64,000 bases of DNA. It comes from an uncultured Bacilli bacterium. Lineage in GTDB: Bacteria > Bacillota_I > Bacilli_A > Izemoplasmatales > UBA1188. Under the pieces are notes generated by a model. The model had not been told where the DNA came from, searched no databases, and worked only from the letters and a program-made list of their open reading frames with translations. The stretch spans positions 12,067 to 76,066 of the forward strand of contig CAJOMC010000002.1 in the NCBI GenBank assembly GCA_905235635.1, in the 5' to 3' direction. This document shows, piece by piece, positions 39,524-46,898 of this stretch; the first letter of the stretch is position 1, and the number at the start of each line of letters is the position of its first letter. Position numbers and translations under genes: made by a program.

Positions 39524-39950
39524 ATGGTAATTCACCCCCCGTATTTAAATTAATTAGAACATCCATAAATTCGGTATTACTTCCATTCTTATAGGTAATT
39601 CCAAGGTATTGAACTGGAACAACTTGATTATCTAAAACCATATACATTAGGTCTTCATCGATATGTGTAATTAAATGTTTACAATCAATTAATTTAAAAG
39701 CAGCAGTTTCTTTATAGTTATAATTAATACCTAGTATTTTCTTATTATTTATACTTACTTTAGAATAACTGATTGCATAATAATTTCCATTTTGTTTAAT
39801 AGCGTCAATATACTCACTTGATCTTATTCCATTTACAAGTTTATATAATCTATAATAATCGTTATAAGAATACTCTATAAAATAACTATCAATGTTATTA
39901 ATTAACATATCGCCACGTATATTAACACTATTTTTGCTAGGTAAAGACAT
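39495..39950 (-). CDS. Hypothetical protein, no signal peptide, no recognised domain
   Basis: 151-aa ORF whose stop overlaps the next gene. No clear SD. The upstream in-frame region is open back to the stop of the preceding gene. Confidence 0.35.
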   Translation of the reverse strand: MSLPSKNSVNIRGDMLINNIDSYFIEYSYNDYYRLYKLVNGIRSSEYIDAIKQNGNYYAISYSKVSINNKKILGINYNYKETAAFKLIDCKHLITHIDEDLMYMVLDNQVVPVQYLGITYKNGSNTEFMDVLINLNTGGELPYEIAIIKET

Positions 39951-40012
39951 CCACGCATCTATTATTCTTGTATTTGTATTTCCGTATATTACATACTGTC
40001 TAATGTTCCCGA

Positions 40013-40903
40013 TTAAAAACTGGATTTAGCAATTGCCGCAGCAGTAGATATAGAATATTGATTTGAACACATTTCATCAAATAATTTATCAGTAAAAGTC
40101 CTAGCATACACATTTCCAATCGAATATTTCCAACCTATAGACGATTTGGCTCCATTGATAACAAATTGGTTAGCAATGTTATATCTACTTGAAGGTGTTT
40201 CTGCAGTACAACATCCTGCGCATATCGCTAATTTAGTTACTGTCAAACTAGGTAAAATTTGCCCATAGAAAGTACCGGTGTTGGCCCAAAGAACATTAAA
40301 AAGTCCCGGTAGTGCGAAACGATCATAATTAGCATGGCCTGCGTAAAAGAAAATATCGGAATCAATATATGGTAAACCCCTTAAGTCTGTACTTACCATC
40401 TGCATAGCATTATGATACGTGGCATCGGTGTATTTAGTGGAATTAATATATGGTGACAAGTTTGCGTGAGGAGCATCCACATCTGGTGCTGTATTAATAT
40501 CAGTGCCCTCTCCCAAATCATAATTCCATCCATATAAACTTGCAACCATAGGATGAATTATAAAAGTTGATGGTGACCCTGAATTATAAAGGCACTCTAT
40601 ATCAATATATGTTGGCGTATCAGTATCGTAGAACTCTATATTTATTTGTGGATTTGTATAAACAAATGTATTAACACTAGTTGTAATTGTGACCCTCATT
40701 AAGCTTGACCCATTGAGATAGAATTTATAGTAATTAATTCCGCTGATACAAAAAGTATAGTGGTTCGTTGTTCCTTGTGGAATATTAACTGAATAGTTTG
40801 TACTGGTATATACTGGTGTTGCAGCCTGTGCAGAAGTTTGCACACTATTGCTAAACAATAATAGTAATGATGCAATTACAAATAACAGTATCTTTTTAGT
40901 TAT
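40013..40903 (-). CDS. Secreted protein with N-terminal beta-rich domain and C-terminal clan-CD-like (His...Cys) putative cysteine peptidase domain
   Basis: Upstream in-frame extension encodes a Sec signal peptide, (I)TKKILLFVIASLLLLFSNSVQTSAQA/A. Hydrophobic-strand-then-His IFFYAGHA and hydrophobic-strand-then-Cys KLAICAGCC. AAAGGAG SD at 40914-40920. Confidence 0.45.
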   Translation of the reverse strand: MTKKILLFVIASLLLLFSNSVQTSAQAATPVYTSTNYSVNIPQGTTNHYTFCISGINYYKFYLNGSSLMRVTITTSVNTFVYTNPQINIEFYDTDTPTYIDIECLYNSGSPSTFIIHPMVASLYGWNYDLGEGTDINTAPDVDAPHANLSPYINSTKYTDATYHNAMQMVSTDLRGLPYIDSDIFFYAGHANYDRFALPGLFNVLWANTGTFYGQILPSLTVTKLAICAGCCTAETPSSRYNIANQFVINGAKSSIGWKYSIGNVYARTFTDKLFDEMCSNQYSISTAAAIAKSSF

Positions 40904-41018
40904 TTTATTTTTTCTCCTTTAAACTGTAGTTTTCCACACTTTATTTAATATATTTTATAATAATTTTATCAAATTATATAAAAAGACAAAAGGATGGCAA
41001 AGTGCCACCCAAAAGTGT

Positions 41019-42413
41019 CTATTCTTCTTCAGGACCCTCTAAGATTTGCCTTGCTGTTGCATCGTCCATAGTGTCGATGCTCTTAAGTTTAGAGTTCATC
41101 ATCTTAGTTCTAGTACCTACTAATTTATCTAATTCTTCTGCAGCTGAATTAACTTTATTTTGAGTCTTTTCTAGTGCTTCCGCAAATTTATTGAACTCTG
41201 TCTTAACTGCGCTAAGTAATTGGAATACATCTGCACTCTTCTTTTGAATCATAAGAGATCTAAATCCTGCATTTAACGCACTAACAAATGCGGTAAATGT
41301 AGTAGGCCCAGTTAGATTTACTTTATATTTAGATTGTATCTCTTCAAATAATCCCATATTAAGTGCTTCAAGATATAATCCTTCAAGCGGAAGGAATATA
41401 ATCGCAAAGTCAGTAGTATTAGGTGCATCTATATACTTTTCACTTACGTCTTTAGCGTATTTAAGAAGATTTTGTCTTAAGTTCTTTCTCGCATTACTTA
41501 TCTCGTCTATGTCAGTTGATTCACTGATAATAGAATAAGATTCATATGGGAATTTAGAATCTACAGGTAGATATATAGTTTCATCCTTAGTGCCTGGAAG
41601 TTTAATCGCAAATTCTACTCTTTCAGTAGAGCCTTTCTTAGTTACTACATTTTCCTCGAATTGACCTGCGGTTAAGAACTCTCTAATAATATTACCAAGT
41701 ATTACTTCACCTAATATACCCTTAGTTTTAACATTTGTTAAAACGTTCTTAAGTGATCCAACATCTGTGGCGAGACCCTTTATCTCACCTACAGCTTGGT
41801 TAACTGAACCAATACCTTCTATTACACTCTTAAATGAATCTTTTAATTTATCTTCAAGAGTTTTTTGTAATTTCTCATTAACTGATTTATTGATTTGATC
41901 TAGTTTTTCATTATTATCGTTTCTGATACTCTTTAGATTATCAGAAACAGTAGTACTTAGTTCTTTTACAGATTCTTTAGTATCTTTCTTAAAGTCTTCT
42001 AGTTTTTCTTTAATAGATTTATCAGAAGAATCAAGTGATTTCTTCACTTCTTCATTAAATGCTTTGATTTCTAAAGATAACTTCTCCATGATTTCATCTT
42101 TTTGTTTATTATATTTTTCAATGAAATCTTTTTCAAAGGTATTTAGATTATCAGTTACTAGAGTCATCTTCTTATTAACTTCTTCTAATTCTTTAGAAAC
42201 ATTCTCTAGAATAACTTTATTTTTCTCTGCGACTAAGTTAGAAACATTAGTAGATAAAAGATTAAGTGTTTCTGAAACTGACTCTTTAATCTGTTTTAAA
42301 TCATGAGAAGAAAGAGTAGTACTTCCTTTTCTTGATCCAAGTATCACAAATACAAGTGTTGCGCTACTTACTATTATCGCAACAATACAAAGTATAATAA
42401 TAGCTATATCCAT
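41019..42413 (-). CDS. rmuC: DNA recombination protein RmuC
   Basis: N-terminal TM, a long coiled-coil, and a C-terminal RmuC nuclease-like region (FAIIFLPLEGLYLEA, TGPTTF). Confidence 0.8.
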   Translation of the reverse strand: MDIAIIILCIVAIIVSSATLVFVILGSRKGSTTLSSHDLKQIKESVSETLNLLSTNVSNLVAEKNKVILENVSKELEEVNKKMTLVTDNLNTFEKDFIEKYNKQKDEIMEKLSLEIKAFNEEVKKSLDSSDKSIKEKLEDFKKDTKESVKELSTTVSDNLKSIRNDNNEKLDQINKSVNEKLQKTLEDKLKDSFKSVIEGIGSVNQAVGEIKGLATDVGSLKNVLTNVKTKGILGEVILGNIIREFLTAGQFEENVVTKKGSTERVEFAIKLPGTKDETIYLPVDSKFPYESYSIISESTDIDEISNARKNLRQNLLKYAKDVSEKYIDAPNTTDFAIIFLPLEGLYLEALNMGLFEEIQSKYKVNLTGPTTFTAFVSALNAGFRSLMIQKKSADVFQLLSAVKTEFNKFAEALEKTQNKVNSAAEELDKLVGTRTKMMNSKLKSIDTMDDATARQILEGPEEE

Positions 42414-42447
42414 TTAGGTGCCTCCATTAAGTAATTATTATATTCTT

Positions 42448-42852
42448 CTACCACTCTATGAGTGTCAATAGTGATACGCCATCTTCTTCTATAGTTGGTG
42501 CATCATAAAATGAATGAGAAGAATATTCTAGTTTCATCATATTTTCGTTTTCCATTGCTTTATCGAATATGTCATAAAAAGAAAACTCTTCTAATTCATT
42601 ATAGTTTATTTCTTTGATTGTATCAAAGGAATAAATGGTATTGTCTATAAAAACACCTGAATCATTTAGTTCATTTAATGATTTTGATGATTTTAGTGTA
42701 TGAATAAAATCATCATAATCTTCAATTAAAGCGTTAGACGATTTCATTAAAGATAAAACTATATCTACTGATTTTGGTATATCCATATAAAAGGTAGATC
42801 TATATCCTTTTGTCTTACTATACACAATATCAACCACAAATCTATGAAGCAT
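42448..42852 (-). CDS. Hypothetical acidic protein upstream of rmuC
   Basis: 134-aa ORF with GAGGTA SD 6 nt before the ATG, 35 nt upstream of rmuC. No motif recognised. Confidence 0.4.
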   Translation of the reverse strand: MLHRFVVDIVYSKTKGYRSTFYMDIPKSVDIVLSLMKSSNALIEDYDDFIHTLKSSKSLNELNDSGVFIDNTIYSFDTIKEINYNELEEFSFYDIFDKAMENENMMKLEYSSHSFYDAPTIEEDGVSLLTLIEW

Positions 42853-42932
42853 ATCTATACCTCAGTTATTTAATATTTCTATAATAAAAATAAGTGTGAT
42901 AACACCTATTATTATTTAATAAAGGAGAATGT

Positions 42933-43038
42933 GGTGTGGCCTATTTTAATGAGGAATAAGCCTATAGCCAAATGTCCTATGGAGGTAATAAGAGTGAAAC
43001 AACTATAATTACTTTTTTGGCTACCTCTAGGCCACACC
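42933..43038. ncRNA. Candidate structured RNA or MITE-like imperfect hairpin (unclassified)
   Basis: 11-bp perfect terminal inverted repeat GGTGTGGCCTA/TAGGCCACACC. Inner pairings GAGG/CCTC and TAGCCAAA/TTTGGCTA. It is locally GC-enriched within an AT-rich intergenic region. Confidence 0.3.
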
Positions 43039-43061
43039 GTATATCACAGGAGGTACTTGTG

Positions 43062-43142
43062 ATGAAAAAAAATCAAATTATCACCAAAACACAATTTAAT
43101 TTTAAAATATTAGTCTCATTATTAAAAGGGGTAGTGATATAA
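43062..43142 (+). CDS. Candidate 26-codon small ORF (MKKNQIITKTQFNFKILVSLLKGVVI)
   Basis: GGAGG at 43049-43053 lies 8 nt before the ATG. The SD and start are embedded in the hairpin ATCACA(43043-48)/TGTGAT(43058-63). Confidence 0.2.
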   Translation: MKKNQIITKTQFNFKILVSLLKGVVI

Positions 43143-43160
43143 CTTGATAAACATAGAGTA

Positions 43161-43242
43161 GGTCACATATTTTTATATAGAAATATCTATATTTGGCTAT
43201 TTTTCTACTATTATTTATGAAATATGGTCACATATTTTGTGG
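43161..43242 (+). promoter_or_regulatory. Putative operator/promoter region of the WYL-like regulator gene
   Basis: Direct repeat GGTCACATATTTT at 43161-43173 and 43226-43238. Palindrome ATATAG-N6-CTATAT at 43174-43191. A -35-like TTGTGG at 43237-43242 lies 17 nt before the TA tract. Confidence 0.3.
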
Positions 43243-43257
43243 AATATGTTACTATTA

Positions 43258-43279
43258 ATATATATATATATATATATAT
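43258..43279. repeat. (TA)n dinucleotide microsatellite, about 11 units
   Basis: An uninterrupted ATATAT... run ends 1 nt before the GAGG SD of the gene starting at 43295. Confidence 0.95.
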
Positions 43280-43294
43280 GAGGTTACAGATATT

Positions 43295-44338
43295 ATGGGC
43301 AATAGTTTATTAGATGTTAAATTAAGTATTAAAAATGAAACATATGAAAGGTTAATTAGTGATAAAGAACTATTCTTTCACATAGATGATAATTCTAAAG
43401 AGAAAAAGAATAATGACTTTTTTACCACAGTTATCATTAATACTCACGAATACAAAAATAGAGTCAAACTAATTAATGATATTACTGAGATATTATTAGA
43501 TAAGAATAATTCATTAATATCTAACGATATTTCAAGATATATTAAAGATAATAGAAATAAAAAAATTATTAGAGATGCGAAAGAAATCGCAACACTAATA
43601 ACTTCTTCTATTTATTCTATTGACTATACTATTAGTGATAGTACTAAAACGATTCATATTAAAGAAAATGAAAATATAAGACATAGGATAGATAATATTA
43701 TTAACGAAACACAGAGCTTATATAGAGCGCAATTACTTAAGAATCTCTTTAATGAATACCTCTCTTATCCACTTTATATAAGAGAGGAGATAGTATTCTT
43801 AAGTGATTGTACAAAATTAAGAGAAAATATTAAGAATAAAACGATCTCATGTATTACTACTTCTAAAGGAAGGGTTATTCCTTTAGAAGTTTATGGTCTT
43901 ATTCCTGGCAAGCATGAAAACCATCTATATGTAGTAGGATATTTCACTGATGGTGATAGACGTAGAGCTTTCTCAACTAAACTATGTAACATAACTAATA
44001 TCTATACTGGTAAAGAGTATGAACTATCAGAAGATGAAAAGATAAGTATAAATAATAGGCTCGCAAATGGCGCAGAATGGATTAATGATGAAATCATTAC
44101 CACTAGAATTAAATTCGATAAAGAAGGATTAAAGTTGCTTAGAAAGATCTATACTAATAGGCCAGTATGTAGTCCTATTAGTATAGACGATAATATATAT
44201 GAATTTAATTCATCTATGGGGCAATTATTTACCTATTTAATCACCTTTGGTGAACACGCAGTCGTCTTAGATAATAATGAATTAAAAGATAGATTAATAA
44301 AAAGATATACTAAAGCACTTGATGCATATTTGAAATAG
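43295..44338 (+). CDS. WYL-domain-like putative transcriptional regulator with unusual N-terminal region
   Basis: GRVIPLEVYGLIPGKHENHLYVVGYFTDGDRRRAFSTKLCNITNI resembles a WYL domain. The C-terminal ITFGEHAVVLDNNELKDRLIKRYTKALDAYL resembles the WYL-associated C-terminal domain. N-terminal DVKLSIKNETYERLISD may be ribbon-helix-helix. Confidence 0.4.
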   Translation: MGNSLLDVKLSIKNETYERLISDKELFFHIDDNSKEKKNNDFFTTVIINTHEYKNRVKLINDITEILLDKNNSLISNDISRYIKDNRNKKIIRDAKEIATLITSSIYSIDYTISDSTKTIHIKENENIRHRIDNIINETQSLYRAQLLKNLFNEYLSYPLYIREEIVFLSDCTKLRENIKNKTISCITTSKGRVIPLEVYGLIPGKHENHLYVVGYFTDGDRRRAFSTKLCNITNIYTGKEYELSEDEKISINNRLANGAEWINDEIITTRIKFDKEGLKLLRKIYTNRPVCSPISIDDNIYEFNSSMGQLFTYLITFGEHAVVLDNNELKDRLIKRYTKALDAYLK

Positions 44339-44413
44339 ATAAAAGGATGTGACACAGAAATACCACATCATTTTTAACTCAAAAAACTAAGAAAAACTAA
44401 AACATATTTCCTT

Positions 44414-44456
44414 TCATTTCTTTCTATATTTTTCATTTCTTGTCATTTCTTGTCAT
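44414..44456. repeat. Short direct repeats TCATTTCT x3 plus a partial copy
   Basis: Copies at 44414, 44433 and 44443, plus TCAT at 44453. The last three are spaced 10 bp apart. Confidence 0.8.
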
Positions 44457-44470
44457 ATGTCAATAAATAT

Positions 44471-44510
44471 AAAAACATTGAGACAGCTAGTGCCTCAATG
44501 TTTTTGCCTT
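44471..44510. terminator. Bidirectional terminator between convergent genes
   Basis: AAAAACATTGAG...CTCAATGTTTTT, with T runs on both strands. Confidence 0.55.
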
Positions 44511-44531
44511 ATTCTATATTAGAAACATAAA

Positions 44532-44951
44532 TTATTTTTTATTTTTTATTGCCTCATCATACTTTAAGGCATCGCCACTATCTCCCTCATATGGGAAGAC
44601 AACCCAGTCTCCTGCTTTTTCTCTTTCGTAGAAATCAACTTTAACGCTACATTCTTTACTATTATAAAACATAGTAGTTAAGTAATATTTATTGAATTGA
44701 GTTTCATTTTCAGTATAGTGTGCAAGTGTTCTTCCTGTATCAGCGATATCATCTATTACAACACATCCATCGCATGGGGCGAGTAAAAGAGGTATATCCA
44801 TTCTATATGATAAAAGAATAGCGAAGAAAAGACCTCCTCTTGGGATACCGTATACGCCATTAGGCTTTACATTTATAGATTCGAAATATTTCACAACGTC
44901 TTCAATATATTTAGTTATGTCATCATAAGAGATATATATTTTTTTTACCAT
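44532..44951 (-). CDS. Small purine phosphoribosyltransferase (Gpt-like)
   Basis: PRPP motif VVIDDIADTGRTL. The IPRGGLFFAILLS loop and overall layout resemble xanthine-guanine PRTase. Confidence 0.65.
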   Translation of the reverse strand: MVKKIYISYDDITKYIEDVVKYFESINVKPNGVYGIPRGGLFFAILLSYRMDIPLLLAPCDGCVVIDDIADTGRTLAHYTENETQFNKYYLTTMFYNSKECSVKVDFYEREKAGDWVVFPYEGDSGDALKYDEAIKNKK

Positions 44952-45032
44952 AGTAGTTTTCTTCTCCTTGTTGAACAGAAATACTTATAATAAATTTTAT
45001 CATTATTAACAATTTTTTAATAAATGTATTTA

Positions 45033-45971
45033 TTATTCTGATAAAAACTTAATTATATAATCCCATGTTTCATCATCTTGTGCAGAGGCTCTATCAAAGT
45101 CCACATGAGAATAATATTCCGCTCTATCTTCTATTTTTTTAATAGTTTTATTTCTTAGTTTCTTTTTATATGTTGAATTTACTTCTTTGAAATAATTAAC
45201 CGCATCAGTTGTATATTGAGGGAAATGATCTTTTGAAACTGGGATATAGAATTTCACATCTTTATTATCTACACATTTGATAAGTTTTTTAGTGTTGGGG
45301 TTAAAAGGTACTATGGAATCATCAATTGATGCGATTATGAGGGCTTTTACTCCCTCCTTATTTAACGCATCAATTGATGATATATCTGCATAATCACCAA
45401 GTTTTTCTCTTTCAAGTTTCATTGCGATGGGTAAAAGAATTGATAGTGGAAACTTAAAGAATGATTTATACATAGTCTTTGGTGAGATAAATGGTGAGAT
45501 GGCCACAACCTTTTCTACCCTTTGAAGCGCATTTATGGCGCTTGATGCATATGCTCCCCATGAATGACCTACAACATAAATCTTCTTATTCTTATATTCT
45601 TCTTTCTCTCTTAAGGATTTAATACACATATCTAAATCTCTTAAAGAATTTGATAAGCCATTTGATGATTCTCCTTCACTTAATACACAACCTGTATAAT
45701 CAAAGCCGAGTGTTAAATAGCCCGCTTTAGCCAATCGTTCTATTTCTTTAAAATATGAAGAATGACCTCCGCCTATCCCATGACAAAATATTACAATCAC
45801 ATCCTTATTATAGTTATCATAATAATAGAAAAATCCTTTTAATGCGTGATTAAAAGATGAGAATGAATAGGGAATCGCTTTAAGCCCTTTAAAGTCATCT
45901 AATCCAAAGTATTTAAAATACGGAACTTCATCATACCTTGAGAAGATTCTGTCGTAATATTTTTTGATCAT
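45033..45971 (-). CDS. Alpha/beta hydrolase
   Basis: Nucleophile elbow GHSWGA, HG oxyanion motif CHGIGGGH, and a late D/H. Confidence 0.65.
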   Translation of the reverse strand: MIKKYYDRIFSRYDEVPYFKYFGLDDFKGLKAIPYSFSSFNHALKGFFYYYDNYNKDVIVIFCHGIGGGHSSYFKEIERLAKAGYLTLGFDYTGCVLSEGESSNGLSNSLRDLDMCIKSLREKEEYKNKKIYVVGHSWGAYASSAINALQRVEKVVAISPFISPKTMYKSFFKFPLSILLPIAMKLEREKLGDYADISSIDALNKEGVKALIIASIDDSIVPFNPNTKKLIKCVDNKDVKFYIPVSKDHFPQYTTDAVNYFKEVNSTYKKKLRNKTIKKIEDRAEYYSHVDFDRASAQDDETWDYIIKFLSE

Positions 45972-46037
45972 TTTATTATCTCCTATAATATTAGGATTTC
46001 GCTAGATTTAAAGATTTTTTTATTCTTTAACTTCTTT

Positions 46038-46898
46038 TTAATTTTTAAGTAATCCTTTTACTAAAATAATTCCACTATACACACTAAATATTAAAGATGA
46101 TAGTAGTAAAATTAGTGGAAGTATTGGCATTGATACCGCGAAATCTACTGGCGCAAATGGCTTGCCTACTTCTACTATAAAGTCGGGTAAAATAACTTCA
46201 GTTAATACAAATAGAAGTATCATTCCTAAGTTTACACATAGGTTAACTAAAGGCATCACTTTAGGAAGTCTATCTTTAGATAGTAGATATACTTCATCAA
46301 ATACTAGTGTTAAGAAGAATAAAACTAATACAAGATATCCGAAGAAACTTACACCATAGTTTCTAATAGAAATAAATGATACATAGAAGCATCCTAGTGC
46401 GTAGTATGCGAATATTGAGAATATAGTTCCTAGGATAAATCTAGATTTAGAGATATTCTCAAGTTCTCTTTCATCTACATTTTTAAGTACTAATTCTCTT
46501 CTCTTAAGCGCAAGGATATCTAAAATAACTACGCCTGTAACCATGATAAAAGAGAAGAATACATTAGCGTTTGCGTCATACTTAAGGTTCACAAAGTATC
46601 TACCAACTTTAATAAAGTATATTACATAGAATGCTAAAGATAGGACGAATGTAATAATAGATATAACTAATGTATTAATCTTACTTCTTTCTTTAATATA
46701 ATAGTGTGATAAATAGAAGAAATAATTAATTAAATAGATAAGCCCACTAATAAAGAATGGTAGGACATATAGATAGTGTTGAGAGATTGAATTAACTGAA
46801 TCAAACACTATATAGATAAAGTGGATTATTCCGTCATATACAAAGTATCCACCAAGAAGTGTTAATACTATAAATAATAAATGTTTATTAGCTTTCAT
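46038..46898 (-). CDS. Polytopic membrane protein, unknown function
   Basis: 286 aa with about 8 hydrophobic helices. Confidence 0.5.
   Translation of the reverse strand: MKANKHLLFIVLTLLGGYFVYDGIIHFIYIVFDSVNSISQHYLYVLPFFISGLIYLINYFFYLSHYYIKERSKINTLVISIITFVLSLAFYVIYFIKVGRYFVNLKYDANANVFFSFIMVTGVVILDILALKRRELVLKNVDERELENISKSRFILGTIFSIFAYYALGCFYVSFISIRNYGVSFFGYLVLVLFFLTLVFDEVYLLSKDRLPKVMPLVNLCVNLGMILLFVLTEVILPDFIVEVGKPFAPVDFAVSMPILPLILLLSSLIFSVYSGIILVKGLLKN

Noticed and set aside
40013-40858. Compositional (GC) island signal for the secreted-protein gene
   Set aside because: Hand counts of a few 60-nt lines gave about 37% GC. Comparison counts gave about 35% in the neighbouring orphan gene and about 47% in atpD. 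There is no convincing deviation without a proper sliding-window calculation.
42933-43038. Retron msr/msd interpretation of the inverted-repeat-flanked element
   Set aside because: There is no reverse transcriptase gene in the window, and no conserved G upstream of an a1/a2-style repeat that I could justify. It is kept only as an unclassified hairpin.
44414-44456. CRISPR array
   Set aside because: The repeats are only 8 nt with 2-11 nt spacers. There are no cas genes anywhere in the window.
44532-44951. The PRTase as a defence (retron-type) effector linked to the WYL-like regulator
   Set aside because: It is convergent to the regulator and separated from it by a terminator. Its sequence layout matches housekeeping Gpt-type purine salvage enzymes. 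There is no partner RT or ncRNA.
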